A DNA stretch of 64,000 nt from Mobula hypostoma (Eukaryota): contig NC_086097.1 in assembly GCF_963921235.1 (NCBI RefSeq), positions 229,340,001-229,404,000 of the forward strand. The letters run 5' to 3'. The position numbers and the translations under genes were made by a program. The notes under the pieces are model-generated. The model had not been told where the DNA came from. It saw only the letters and a program-made list of their open reading frames with translations, and ran no database searches. This document shows positions 21,195 through 34,486 of this stretch, piece by piece (position 1 is the first letter of the stretch; each line of letters opens with the position of its first letter).

Positions 21195-22086
21195 GGGTGG
21201 CATGTAATGCTATTACCGCACCAGCAACCTGGGTTCAATGCCATCACTGTCTGTAAGGAGTTTGTACCTTCTTCCCGTGACTGCATGGGTTTCCTCTGGT
21301 TCTCACTTTTTCCCACATTCTAAAGACATACAGATTAGTAAGTTAGTGGGTGTATTGGGCAAAGTGGGCATTTTTTTTAGATTATGAGGACACGCAGTCC
21401 TCTTTTATTGTCATTTAGTAATGCATGCATTAAGAAATGATACAATTTGTTCCTCCAGAATGATATCACAGAAACACAAGACAAACCAAGACTAAAAAAA
21501 ACTGACAAAAACCACATAATTATAACATATAGTTACAACAGTGCAAAGCAATACCATAATTTGATGAAGAACAGACCATGGGCACTGTAAAAAAAAGTCT
21601 CAAAGTCTCTCAAAAGTCCCATCATCTCATGCAGATGGTTGAAGGGAGAAACTCTCCCTGCCATGAGCTTCTAGCGCCGCAAACATGCCGATGCAGCATC
21701 TTGGAAGCACCCGACCACAGTCCGACTCTGAGTCTGTCCGAAGACTTCGAGCCTCCGACACCGAGCACCGAGCACCATCTCTGCCGAGCACTTTGACCCT
21801 GGCCCCGGCAATAGGCAAAGCCAAGGATTTGGGACTTTCCCCTCCGGAGATTCTCGATCGCACAGTAGCAGCGGCAGCGAAGCAGGCATTTCAGAAGTTC
21901 TTCCAGATGTTCCTCCGTGCTTCTCACGTCCATCTCCATCAAATCAGGATCGTGCACGGCCCCTTTTTAACAAATACAACATCAATTCGAAGCAGCTACG
22001 CATGCTGCGTCACGTCGCCATCTTCTCCTCCCCGTTTTGGACTGATGTGCCTGTTACTGTGCTGTATCTCTAAATAAATAAAAAAT
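21195..22086 (+). mobile_element. V-domain (HE1-like) tRNA SINE split by the 21378-22032 insertion
   Basis: V-core gggttcaat..ctgtaaggagtttgtaccttcttcccgtgactgcatgggtttcctc; tail ctgtgctgtatctctaaataaataaaa. Related copies at 24680-24920 (-), 49825-50110 (+) and 51615-51860 (+). Confidence 0.7.
21378..22032 (-). mobile_element. About 650-bp non-autonomous retroposon, copy 1
   Basis: Begins ggaggagaagatggcg; ends aataaaagaggactgcgtgtcctcataatct. Collinear with 42926-43600. Confidence 0.75.
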
Positions 22087-23452
22087 GAATAAGCTTCTCT
22101 GGTTCAGAGAAGTTAAATCTTCTGAAATGTTTTAGCTGCTATCAATTAGACACAGATATTAAAGCTGAGAAGGTACTTATAATGATCACTGCAACCCTGT
22201 TGCTCCCAGTACTTCAGAATTTACAAATCCATTGAACAGTGCAAATAGTAGTAGCGCAGAAGCCAAGCTGTCCCCAGGTAAAACAATCCAAGCAATCCAA
22301 CTCCCCAGCTCTTTCCCCATGGCCCTGTAACGCCTTTTTCACAAGTGTCTATACTATGACCAACTCTTTTTCCACCACCCTTGTAGTCAATGAATCCCAG
22401 ATCCTAACTACACTCAGATTGAAAAAGTGTCCATCATTCCACCTGTAGCCTTAAATTTTCAATCTGTGTGCCCTGATTCTTGGTCCAGAGGATTAGTTTT
22501 TCTCTATTTTCCTCAATTAAATAGTCACGATCTTGTCGCCTGTATCAAAATTCTTTGCATCCTCTTTGCGTGGTGTTCCCGTACATCCCTTTCACAATGA
22601 CCATTTTCTAGTCTTCTGGCACTCTTGCATATCCCAGGGAGACTGAAAACTTGCTTCAACCTTGCAGAAATCTCCACCCCACCTTTCTATTCCTCCCAGA
22701 TCGAATATCTTGTCTGCATTAACCCTTTCTAATAGCTCCTTCTTTTCAATTTTTACTCCATCTTTCCATTTACTCATATTTTGTTATTATCTTTTTTTTG
22801 GTGAAAATGGCCCATCCTCTGTTATTTTCAAGAAACAACTCATCTACAGATGTTAACCTGTTCTCTCCTGGTCCAGGGTATGACAGTCATTTTTACTAGA
22901 AGGTACATTTATCTTATTTGCATGAACATTTCATTTTAGTCACAGTAGGCTGTTTGTTTTGTTTACAACACTTTTATTCATGCTTCAGGGCACACAGCAC
23001 TTATGAAGGCAGAGTACGGTATCACATATTTGTTCATCCTCATAATTGTATCCCCAGGGCAGAGATGTAGCATCATCCGTGGATTATCGAGATCCCATTC
23101 CCACTGCTTTTAGCAAAACCCTCGTTTGCTAACATTTCTTATGAATGTTCTTGGCAAATTGGCCTCCAGTTACACTATTCTACCACAATAAAGATGATAG
23201 GATTGCTAAGAAGGCATGTGGTGCGTTGGCTTTCAGTAGTCAGGGGATTCAGTTCAAGAGCCGCAAGGTAATGTTGCAGCTCAATAAAACTCTGGTTAGA
23301 CCACACTTGGAATTTTGTGTTTAGCTCTTGTTGCCTCATTATTGGAAAGATGTAGAAGATTTAGAGAGGGTGCAGTGGAGATTTACCAGGACCAGCCTGG
23401 AAAAGAAGGCATGTCATATGTGGATAGGTTGAGCAAGCTAAGGCTTTTCTTT

Positions 23453-24118
23453 ATGTACTTTATGATGTCCTTCAGTCAGTCAGAAGAATTGCAAATCAGG
23501 GAGGTCAGGTAAAATTTTTACGGGTTCCAGCACATGTAGGGGTGAAGGGGAATGAGAGAGTGGATGAGTCGGCAAAGAGGGCATTAAAGAAAGAAAATAT
23601 AGAAATGCACATTAGTATCAGTAAAGCAGAGGTTAAGTGTGTAATCTGGGAAAAAATCAACCAAATGTGGCAAGAAAGGTGGGACAGGGAGGGGAAAGAG
23701 AGGCGTTTATATCAAATGCAAAAAAGTGTTGCAGGTGCTAGGTAGGTAGTGGATACAGAAGAGAGGAGACTGTGTGGACTAGGTTAAGGCTAGGGCACTG
23801 TACGTTAAACAAAACATTGAAAATGATAAGGAAACACCAGACAGGATTTTGTGAGGGGAATGTCAAGAAGTGGAATCAGTAGAACATTTAGTTCTGAGTT
23901 GCAGGAAGTATGGGATACAGAGAGAGATGATGATAATCAATCTAAGGGAATTGGGGGTGCAGGAACTCACATTAAAGGGTTGCTGGACATGGGTGAGAGA
24001 GCACAGGTCAGGGTATTTTTAGCTTTCTTAAGGGGTACAGGGGTTTTTTATAGGATATGATGAATAAGCAGGAATAGGGTACTAGGATGGCCAAAGATGG
24101 GAGGATAAAATGTAGGTT

Positions 24119-24173
<55 letters not shown>

Positions 24174-24301
24174 GCGCGTGATTGGGTGAAGGAATTTGGA
24201 ATGTAAGTCTATTGCACCCTCTGGAGAAGAAGGTGGTGGTAATGCACCATTAAGCTGGGTGCCAACTGCTGTAAAACAAGAACAAGAACAAGAAGAAAAA
24301 G
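23453..24301 (+). mobile_element. 5'-truncated Nimb/I-group LINE (RNase H and cysteine-rich C-terminus)
   Basis: VPAHVGVKGNERVDESAK (RNase H), RLRLGH, ESVEHLVLSC; 3' end ggtaatgcacc...tgccaactgc with an (AAGAAC/AAG)n tail. 13-bp TSD aaggcttttcttt at 23440-23452 and 24302-24314. Confidence 0.85.
24122..24180. repeat. (GT)n(GC)n microsatellite in the Nimb 3'UTR
   Basis: Directly visible dinucleotide run. Confidence 0.97.
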
Positions 24302-25929
24302 AAGGCTTTTCTTTTTGGAGTGAAGGAGGATAAGAGGTGATTTGATGGGGCTGTACAAGATGATAAGAGGCATAGATCGTGTTAATAGACTTTTCCCCAG
24401 GGAGAAAATGGCTAATGCAAAGAGCTGTCATTCAAAATAATTGCAGGAAAGTATTGGGGGGGGGGGGAATGGCGGAGGTAAGATTTTTTACACAGAAAAT
24501 GGTGGTGTGCAGAATACTCTTCCAGGGGTGGTGGTTGAAGCAGATACATTAGGGGGATTTAAGAAACTCTTAGATAGTCACATGGATGATAGAAAAATAG
24601 AGGGTTATATAGGAGGGAAAGATGAGATTAGCTTTTTTATTTATTTAACAATACAACATGGAGCCGACCCTTCTGGCCCTTCTAGCCATACTGCCCCAAC
24701 AACCTCCAACAAACCCAATTAACTCTCAGCTGAATCAGAAGACAATTTACAATGACCAATTAGCCAGTCTTTGGACTGTGGGAGGAAACCAATGAGCCCA
24801 CACATTCAGTGAGGAGGATGTACAGGGACTCCTCACAGAATGGTGCTGGAATTGAACTCCAAGCTCAGAACTGCCCTGAGCTGTAATAGCTTCACGCTAA
24901 CTGCGACGCTTCCGCGGCACCCGAGGATTTTCGAGGAGGTTAAAAAACCTGGCACAGCGGCGTGGGCTGAAGACTTTGTGCTGTGCTGTGATATTCTATG
25001 TTCTTTGTAAACATTGTCTTCATCTACTGTTATTTTTCTGCTAAGTGCAGAGTTCAGCTTAAGCTTCCATCACTCAGCATCCAGCTGTTGTTTTCCCATT
25101 GACAGTTTACCATCTGGCAGCAATTCATTTGGACCTACCTCTGTGATTCACTGCATGCCTTAATAAATACTTTATTACTTTTGACTCTAAATAGTTCAGA
25201 TTATTTTGAACCTGTGGAGCTTGGAGTGAGTAAATGAAATGCAGCCACTAGAAGACTCTGACAGTGGCCCAAAGTTCCCAATGTCCACTCCCCGATGCAT
25301 GTGGCAGACTTATCTTCTGGGGTTAGGTGCAGGATGGGTACATATGCAAACCATACAATTCCAAGCAAAGAAAACTATCTGCCACTCTAAGGAAATTATG
25401 CAGACTGTACTGTATATCGACTTCACATAACTGTCAAACTTTTTTTATTAGGGTATCTGCTCAATTAATGCAAACAGCATTAATGCAGCTAGTGGCTCCA
25501 AGACTAAATGAGAATATCAATAACAATTTCAGTAATGGATCTGATGGAATGCATACCACAGGTTTTCAGGGCAGAATCTCCTTCAGTTGGATAATATACG
25601 TCTGGATTCCCAGCCTCCTTCCATATGTAGAATGCTCTATTTGTAGCATATGTACAAATTACTAAATGCCATGGTATTTGGTAAGTCCATAGTAGGCAAT
25701 AACACGATTCCACTTTTCAGCTGGGATCAACATCCTGTTTGTATTCAGAACTATTGTTTGAGAGGAAAGAGTAACATCAGAGTCGCCAAAACTCAGTGTA
25801 TTTTCAAACTTCGAAGTTCAAAGCAAATTTATTATCAAAGTACTGTACGTATATGTCACCACATACAACCCTGAGATTAATTTTCTGCCTCCTTAATAAT
25901 TGTCCTTCCTTTTCATACAGCTTTTTGAT

Positions 25930-27310
25930 CGCCTCTGTGGTGATGAAATTCTGTGAGAGGTTGGTCATGGCTAGAATCAACTTCTGTCTCAGTAAGGACC
26001 TGGACCCAATGCGATTTGCCTATCGCCACAATAGATCTACAGTAGACACAATCTCAATGGCTTTCCATATGACCTTGAATCACCTGGACAATACAAATAC
26101 CTGTGTCAGGATGCTGTTTATTGACTGAGTGTTTAACAGCATCGTTCCTGCAGTCCTGATTGAAAAGCTACAGAACCTAGGCCTCTGTACCTCCCTCTAC
26201 AGCTGGATCCTCGGCTCCCTAACCGGAAGACCACAATCTGTGCGGACTGGTATTAATGTCACCACCTCTCCGACAATCAACACTGGCTCACCACAGGGAT
26301 GTGTGCTTAGCCCCCAGCTCTGCTCCCTCTACACCCATGACTGTGTGGCTAGGCATAGCTCAAATGCCATCTATAAATTTGCTGATGATAAAACCTATGT
26401 TGGCTGAACTTCAGATGGTGGCGAAAGGGCAGACAGAAGCAAGAAAGGGGATACCAGTTAAGTTGAGTGGTGTCACAGCAACAACCTTGAGCTCAGTGTC
26501 AGTAAGACCAAAGAGCTGATTGTGGACCTCAGAAAAGGTAGGACAAGGGACCAAGAACCAATCCTCATAGAGGGAGCAGAAATGGAGAGAGTGAGCAATT
26601 TAAAGTTTCTGGGTGTCAATATCTTTGAGGACACAACATGTTGATGCAGCTATAAAAAGGTAAGACAGCGGCTATATTTCATTTGGAGTTTGAGGAGATT
26701 TGGTTTGTCAACTGAAATGCTCGAAAACTTCTACAATTGGACCATGGAGAGCATTCCGACTGGCTGCATCACCATCTGGTATAAGGGGGTGGGGTTGCTA
26801 CTGCACAAGATGCAGTAAGTTGCAGAAACTTGTAAAATTAGTCAGCTCCATCATGGGTACCAGCCTCCGTTGTATCCAAGACATCTCCAAGGAGTGGTGC
26901 CTTCGGAAGGCAGTGTCCATCGTTAAGGACCCCCACCACCCAGGACATGTCTTCTTCTCATTGTTACTGTTGAAAAGAAGGTACAGAAGCCTGAAGGCAC
27001 ACACTCAATGATTGAGGAACAGCTTCTTCCCCTCTGCCATCCAATTTCCAAATGGACATTGAACCCATGAATACTACCTCATGCAAATACTACCGTGTTT
27101 GCATATACTACCTCACTACTTTTTTATTTCTTTTTTTTTGCACAATGTATTTTAATTTAACTATTTATTAGGCATATATGCTGTATACTTAATGTAAGTA
27201 ATTCAGTTTTTTTCTCTATATTTATTTATCATGTATTTCACTGTACTGCTGCCATAATGTTATTACATTTCATGTCATATGCCAGTCATATTAAACCTGA
27301 TTCTAATTCT
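25930..27310 (+). mobile_element. 5'-truncated Rex1/Babar LINE
   Basis: VMKFCERLVM...FAYRHNRST...[21 protein letters not shown]; attaaacctgattct tail. Confidence 0.88.
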
Positions 27311-27899
27311 AAAATGAGGGGGTGAACATGAGTTGAAGTGTCCTTGAATGTGAGTCCATTGGTTGTGGGGACGTTTCAGTGATGGGGCGAGTGAAGTTGA
27401 GTGAAGTTATCCCCTCTGGTTCAAGAGCCTGATGGTTGAAGGTTAGTAACTGTTCCTGAACCAGGTGGTGTGAGTCCTGAAGCTTCTGTACCTTCTTCCT
27501 GATGGCAGCAGTGAGAAGAGAGCATGTTCTGGGTGGTGGGGGTCCCTGATGATGGATGGATTCTGCTTTCCTGTGACAATGCCCAATGGTGGGGGGGGCC
27601 TTACATGTCACGGATATATAAACAAGAAAATGCTGGAAATAGACCACACAAACTAAGGGATTAACTCTGCTTTTCTTTCCATAGATGCAGCCCAACCTGC
27701 TGACGGTCTCCAGCATTTTCTGTTTTTATTTCTGACTTGCAACATCTGCATTTTTAGATTTCCGTTCAGCGTTATTTTTAACATGATGATCTCATTTACA
27801 TATTCGATAGTATATTTTTACGTTGCTGCTTCATGCAAAATAAAACAAATAAATAAAAGTTGATCCCAATTCTATATTAGGCCAGTATACCCCTTAATC

Positions 27900-28330
27900 A
27901 ATTCCAGTGAGGGAGGTGGAGAGGGGCAGAGATGGGAAGAGTATATGAGTGATAGGCAGATGAAGAGAGAGGGGGAGGGGAAAACACGGGGTGATGGGAG
28001 CCAGTTGGATCAGGAAAAGAGAGAAAAGAGGGGGAAATAGAAAAATAGGGGAAAAGGAACAGAGGGGGAGCGGTTACCAGGAGTCTGAGAATTCAGTGCA
28101 CATGCCATCAGGTTAGAGACTGCTCAGGTGGAATATGAGGTGTCATTCCTCCAATTTCCATTTGGCTATAACCTGGCAGTAGAGGAGGCCATGGACAAAC
28201 ATGTTGGTGTGGGAATGGAAAGTGGAATTAAAATGGTTGCCAGAATAGAGGACTCAATAAAGCAGGACTCCAAACGATGTCAGGTCTCACCAATGTATAG
28301 AAGGCTGCAACGGGAGCACTGGATGCAATG
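27900..28330 (-). pseudogene. Penelope-like element GIY-YIG endonuclease remnant plus 3'UTR
   Basis: Minus strand reads CIQCSRCSLLYIGET*HRL and KLEE*HLIFHLSSL*PDGMCTEFS. Confidence 0.8.
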
Positions 28331-28770
28331 GTTTCTTATTCCCTCTCCATCTGTCCATCACCCACACACTCCTCTAACTAGTTTTCTTTGCCACATTTTT
28401 CCCTTAATTCCATGCTCCATTGTCCTGCCGAAGGGTTTCAGCTTGAAACATTGACTGTACTTTTTTCCATAGATGCTGCCTGGCCTGCTGAGTTCCTCCA
28501 GCATTTTGTGTGTGTTGCTTCACCATCTTCAGCCCTTTATCATTTCCACCTGCCACCTCCCAGCTTCTGATACTGTTCCCACCCTCATCTCCCTATTACA
28601 TCCCTCAATCCACCTGCCAGCTCTTGCTCTATTCCTTCTTCCACCATTTTATGCTGGCCATCTCCCCCTTTCCTTCCATTCCAGATGGTCTCAAACTGAA
28701 ATGTCGACTATCCATTTCCCTCCATAGATACTGCTTGATCTGTTGTTTCTCCAATACTTCTTGTGAGATC
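28331..28770 (+). mobile_element. Two tandem Penelope pseudo-LTR fragments, inverted relative to the adjacent ORF remnant
   Basis: Degenerate hammerhead-like cctgccgaagggtttcagcttgaaacattgactg followed by gatgctgcctggcctgctgagttcctccagc; a second, more decayed copy lies at about 28680-28760. Confidence 0.65.
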
Positions 28771-28779
28771 AGAGCCTTT

Positions 28780-29350
28780 GCCATTTCCTCCTCCTCGCTG
28801 ACAGTCAACACCACCGCACTGTTCAAACACCATCTATAAATTTGCTGATTACACAACCATTGTTGGCAGAATGCCAGATGGTGACGAAAAGGTATATGGA
28901 GGTGAGCTATATCAGCTGATTGAGTGCTGTTGCAACAACAACCTTGCACTCAATGTCAGTAAGACCAAGGAATTGATTGTGGACTTCAAGAAGAGGAGGT
29001 CAGGTGAATGCACACCAGTACTCTTTGAGGGATCAGCAATGGAAAGGGTGGCAGTTTCAAGCTCCTGGGTGTCAACGTCTCTGAAAATCTATCCTGGGCC
29101 CAACATGTTGATGCAATTATAAAGAAAGCATGCTAACGGCTATACTTCATTATGAGTTTTAAGAGATTTGGCATGTCATCAAAGAATCTTGCAAATTTCT
29201 ACAGATGTACTATGGAGAGCATTCTGACTGGTTGCATCACTCTCTGGTACAGAGGGGCCTCTGCATAGGATCAGAAAAAGCTGCAGAAGGTTGCAGACTC
29301 AGTCATCTTCATCATGGGCAGTAGCCTCCCCAAGATTGAGCACTTCTTCA
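28780..29350 (+). mobile_element. Rex1/Babar RT fragment
   Basis: tataaatttgctgat; NNNLALNVSKTKELIVDFKK. Confidence 0.8.
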
Positions 29351-30259
29351 TTACAATAAGACTTATATATATATATTATGATGTTCACATCTAGTATTTC
29401 ACACACTTCCTTCTCAACTACAGTTTCATTATCATCTCCCCTGCATGTCTATCTGTTCATCTCTCTTTCTTTCATAAACACCATTGCAAAGTATTCTTAA
29501 GAACACAGCCCAAATCCTTCGCTTTTCAGCATTGATTATTTAGTTGGTCCTTAAAAAGCCCAACTCTTTACTTAATTATTGTCTTGCTCTTTACATAAAA
29601 ATGATCATTCTGTTTTGTTTTTCATCTGGAAGTATTTTTTTTTGCTATCTTCTGTTTTCTTTCCTAATTTCCCTTTTTAACATTTCACTCTACACTTCCT
29701 TTACTCTTCACACAGCCCATCACAACTGTCATCTTCCTTTGGTGCCCTCTGGCATGGACCTGTCAGGGATCTCTGGATCTGACAGTTTTGTCCTTCTTTA
29801 TAGAAATGCATTTCCCTGAACCACTTGAATCTCCTTTTTGGATCCCTCCCCATTCTGCTGAGACAGATTTACCAGAAAATAGCTGAATCCACTTCGATTT
29901 TGCTAAATCACTTCTCAGTCTAGTAAAATTGGCCTTCCCCAAATTTAGAGCTTTTATTCCAGTTTAATCTTGCTTTAATTTTTTTCAGATGATAGTCTGA
30001 AAACATGAGCAGGCCACATCTAAAACTAGCAAACCACAGAAAACAGTAAATCTAAATAAGCTACCACAGTAAGCCAACAAAATAGTACCATTCATCAAGT
30101 GTGTAAGCCACAGAGTGGTACTGTGAACCCTGCCATATGTTTCCTGCTGGCTCCCTTCTGTTTTGGGATATGTTCATAATAAGATTAAGAAGAAGCTATT
30201 CTCTTATCCAGTGTTCAGTTCCATTAGCAATGTCCTTGATAATGCTACCCTGTAATATG

Positions 30260-30760
30260 ATTTGCTTGACCACATTGCGAGCACAGTTTGCAACACATTA
30301 GACTTAATGTGACTTTCCTCTTACCTACCACTTTAATTACCTATCCTACTCTGATCCTTCAGGCCTTAGTTTTCTGTTTTGCTTCAATGAAGCCTAACCT
30401 AATGTAACTTGAAGAATAACACTTAATACTTTGTAAAGGCACCTTGTAGCCCTCAACTCTTGGTACTGAATTTAATAATTTTCCATAATGACTCCTCAAT
30501 ATATCTCCCTCTCCCCACATGTGGCTGGATTTTTCTATTTCAATGTTTCTTTATTTTGTTGTGCCTCAAATTGCCAGTTTTTAGAATAATTGTTACCCAA
30601 CTTTGCTCTGCACCCTAAATTCGCTCCATCTCCCTCATTCCCTGCAAGGTAAAACATGCATTCTTTCTTACTTTTCAAGTTCTGATGAAGGGCCCCTCTA
30701 GCCCAATCCCTTGACTATGTTCTCTCCCCACAGGTGCTGCCTGAACAGTTGAGTGTGGAA
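30260..30760 (+). mobile_element. Old Penelope-like element 3' end
   Basis: LEE*HLILCKGTL*PSTLGTEFNNF around 30408-30482, then tctgatgaaggg (decayed hammerhead) at 30681. Confidence 0.6.
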
Positions 30761-30929
30761 GGAATCCAGGACACTACAGAATAAAATATTATAGTGTTTG
30801 ACTGGAGACTGTTGTCCAAACTTTCTTGTGTTTGATGCTTAGGTTGAAGTCTCCTGTTTTGTTTTTGCTAGCAGTGTTTGGTAGTGTGGCTTACGAATTT
30901 AGTGTAGTTGTAGACACCCTTCACTGCAG

Positions 30930-32070
30930 CTATGGGCATAGATCACAAGGGATTTTGGATGCCAGGCTTAAGGACGTCTGCTTAGTGTTGGAAAAGGACT
31001 CAACAGTGGGAGGAGGAAGATCTAGTTGTGGTCCCTGTGGGAAATAACAATGTGGATAGGACAGAATGGTCATCGTAAACTAAGCCAGAGTATAAACTGA
31101 GATATTTGAGTGCATGTGACAAGGTTGCACCAATTGGAAGGATGATTAATCTGCATGTCAATTAGGCAAAATGGGGAACCATTTGAGTTATCCTGACCTA
31201 ATAGGTAAGTGCTAGAATCTATTAAGGAAGTGATAGCAGGATATTCAGAAAATAATGGAAGAGCATGGTGGCAACATGAATTTATGTAAATTGGGAATGT
31301 ATAGATGGTGTTAGAAATGGCAAACAAGAAACCACTATGGCTAAAAAAGTGTCTGTTAGGTAATGTGCAATCATTTCCTGACATTTGTGCAAGACTCCCA
31401 GGAAGTTAATTCACAGGTTGAGTCTGTAGTAAAGAAGGCAAATGCAATGTTGGCATTTATTCCAAGGGGAATAGAATATAAAAGCAAGAAGATAATGCTG
31501 AGCCTTTATACGACACTAGTCAGGCCACACTTGGAGTATTGTCAAGAGTTTTCTGGCCCCATATCTCAGAAAGGATGTGTTGTCGTTGGAGAGAGTCCCG
31601 AGGAGGTTCACAGGGATGATTCTGGGAATGAAGGGGTTAACATATGAGGAGCATTTGGCAGCTTTGGGCCTGTACTCACTGGAATTTAGAAGAATGCATG
31701 GGGATATCATTGAAACCTACCGAATGTTGAAAGGACTAGATAGGGTAGATGTGGAGAGGATGTTTTCTATGGTGGGGGTAACCAGAACGAGAGGGCACAG
31801 CCTCAAAATTTAGGGGTGACACTTTAGAACAGAGGTAAGGAGGATTTTTTTTTAGCCAGAGAATAGTGGATCTGTGGACTGCTGTGGTGGAGGCCAAGTC
31901 CATGGGTATATTTAAGGTTGATAGTTTCCTGATTGGTCAGGGCATCAAAGGATATGGCAAGAAGGCAGGTGTATGGGGTTTAAGTGGAACCCGGGATCAG
32001 CCGTGATGGAATGGCGGAGCCGACTCGATGGGCTGAATGGCCTAATTCTGCTCCTATGCCTAATGCTCTT
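30930..32070 (+). mobile_element. CR1 pieces (degenerate upstream fragments plus 3' end)
   Basis: VESVVKKANAMLAFI...VRPHLEYC, RRFTGMILGMKGLTYEEHLAALGLYSLE. Confidence 0.8.
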
Positions 32071-34486
32071 ATGGACATATCCTTTATATGAGCAGCTCCA
32101 CATCAAGGGACAGAAGCCGTTCGTCAAGCCGCATAGATGCTGAAGCTGGTGCGGAGAGAACCGAAGGAAATGTCTTTGATAGAATGAAGGTTGGAGAGAG
32201 TCAATGACACAAGAGAAGTCAGCTGAAAGAGGGTGATTGATGACAGTGAATAACAAAATATCTGGTGGAGGTGTAAGCAGCAGAGATAAATGAAATTACA
32301 AGTAAGGAAATGGATGAAAAAAATCACTGTGACCACGAAACTAAAAGATTGTCACCTGGTTCACCGGGTCCTAGAGGGAAGGAAGGGAATCTGCCATCCT
32401 TTCCCAGTGTGACTCAAACACAACTACTGGCAACCAAGATGGTAGATCTTAACTGCAACCCAATCCTGGGCAATTGGGGATGAATGCCGGCATTGAAAGG
32501 ATTCGATCGCTCATAAACTATTAGTTAAAAATCCAGGATGACCAGAAAAGCAGAGAAAAGAACTTATGGGTATTGTAGGTGTAAGTTGCAAAGCTGGAAT
32601 AGCTGGCAATTAGAGACTGGCCACAGTACAAAGTGTGTATTATACCGACCTTTCATACACCATCCATTAAAGATAAATCGCTAATGCTTCTCGAGAACCA
32701 AGTTCTGCTAAGCACTTGAGGAATCCTGGTGTCAAAAGCATTGACTATCATCATTGCAGAGTGAGGCAATATGACAAAAAAAAGACAAAAACAGGCAGTT
32801 AGTTATGTTGGGCATTGTTCTGAGTGACTCTAATCCAGTAATAATTTCTGCTCAAATTCTGGTGAGTAGCATACTTGGATGCCAAGTCCAATCAAAGGTG
32901 TATTTGTTTGTTTTGTGTGTCTTTTTTATGATCGCAAATCACTGCTGAATACCAAGAACTACAGGACTATCCTATCAGTGAGTTGCTCGATAGCAATGGA
33001 GCTGGACTTGTTGTGTTGTTGCCTAGACTTGTTGTGTTGTTGCATACCATTGTGATGAGAAGGTGCACAGTGCAAGGGATTGTCTTGGAATTTTTCCTTG
33101 TGATCACAGGACCCTGTTGAACATTGGTAATGTGGAATAATGCAAGTCCGGTTCATTGGTGAGACTAATGGCATGAGAGGTGCACTGCCTCAGTTGTGGC
33201 AAGGACTAGTCCGAGGCCTTTGTAATGTATGAATCTACTTCTTTTAGAGCAATGACCCTACCCCCACCCCCCAGCACTATATATTGGTCTGTGGTCTTCA
33301 CATGCACGTTGTTCTCTCACTCGCTCTCACTGCAATGTGAGTACACCAGTTAAAGCCATCTCCCGCCTCCGTGCCTTATTTAACATATATGTAGTTGTGC
33401 ACAGACACAATGGCCATGGGAGCCGCCTGTTTTAGCCCACCAGGAGAGGAGACATTGAGGTGGTGAGGGAGAGGCTCTGAGGGGTGCTCTGGAATCCGCA
33501 CTGGGTTGGAAGCTTGCCCCTCCCGTTGGTGTTTCCCTCCGATGTTTGCTCAGGAGGAGAAAGAGCAAGCTAGACCAGGATAACGTACCATCAATTCTAC
33601 AGACGTGCCACTCAGGGACTTGGCCTGTTTTTTTTTTGTTCCTTGTGAGTCTGCGTTTTTCTGAAATCATAACAATATGTGCTATTTGTGCTGTGTGCTG
33701 TTGGTAATGTGTTTTGCACTTTGGCCCTAGAGGAACATTTATGTTATATTTATGTATGCCTGCATGATCATTAAACTGGAACTTGACTCCTAAAGTGCTT
33801 TCTCTCATCCTCCTTGCTTAAAGGATGAAATTTTAGTTTCAATTTCTTTTAAATGAGTAACAGAGCATTCCTACATATGTGCCTTCATTACTGTACTTCA
33901 GAAGCTGTTTCATCACCTGAAGGTCCTATAAATGATGCCATTGAAATGATATTTTAAGATTCAATCTCCTTAAAGGTAGGTACTCCTATACTGAAGTAGT
34001 TTGGAAAGTGTTTTTGGGTGGTCAGTATCTCTGTGTTCCTGATAATAAGAGTCCTGATATGAGCTTTCTCCCAAGGTGGGAGTCATTGAGGCAAATGACA
34101 ACTGGAGATTTTAGGTAACAAGAGACCATCAGCAGAGTTCTGATGTAACAGCTCTTACTGACAAATAAGTGCATGAAGTGAAGTCTAGGGGTATTGTAGA
34201 AAAGCTTGGAAGGTGCAGTGTGGTGCAGAGCGGAGAAATACAGGAGGATTAAGGTGTGCTTGTGAGCACTTCGAGGCACTTCATGAGGCAATGAAAACCC
34301 ACCATATATAGTCCCTAGTGTCAGCTTCTTTATCTGCAAGCTATCTGGGAGAGGAGCCATACTGATTCACCACATAGGCCTGATCTCCATACGTAAAGAA
34401 GAATTATAACAAGAGAAACTTAAGATTACAAATTGGGAAAAGGAAGTGGATCAATGCAAATAAAGTAAATAATTCAAATAAAGTGG

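Larger units (their letters stand above)
23195..25005 (+). mobile_element. Degenerate CR1 3' fragment hosting the Nimb and SINE insertions
   Basis: CR1 ORF2 C-terminal similarity (ttagaccacacttggaa..., ataagaggtgatttgat) continuing across the insertions to a ttctatgttct tail. Confidence 0.75.

Noticed and set aside
22989..23018. Possible 30-nt exon encoding an ankyrin-like (G)HTALMKA
   Set aside because: AG/GT flanks are present, but the donor is weak, the motif is short enough to arise by chance and no partner exons were found.
25327..25665. 112-aa ORF in unique sequence as a host exon
   Set aside because: No recognisable protein similarity and no convincing splice donor; unsupported without RNA data.
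26038..26044. TACAGTA as a Tc1 footprint (also near 57149)
   Set aside because: It lies in frame in the Rex1 NRSTVD motif in two copies with no length change, so it is not an insertion.
32325..32495. Fragment reminiscent of an ancient SINE body (ctggttcac...ggaaggaa..ctgccatcctt)
   Set aside because: Too decayed to assign a family without a database search.
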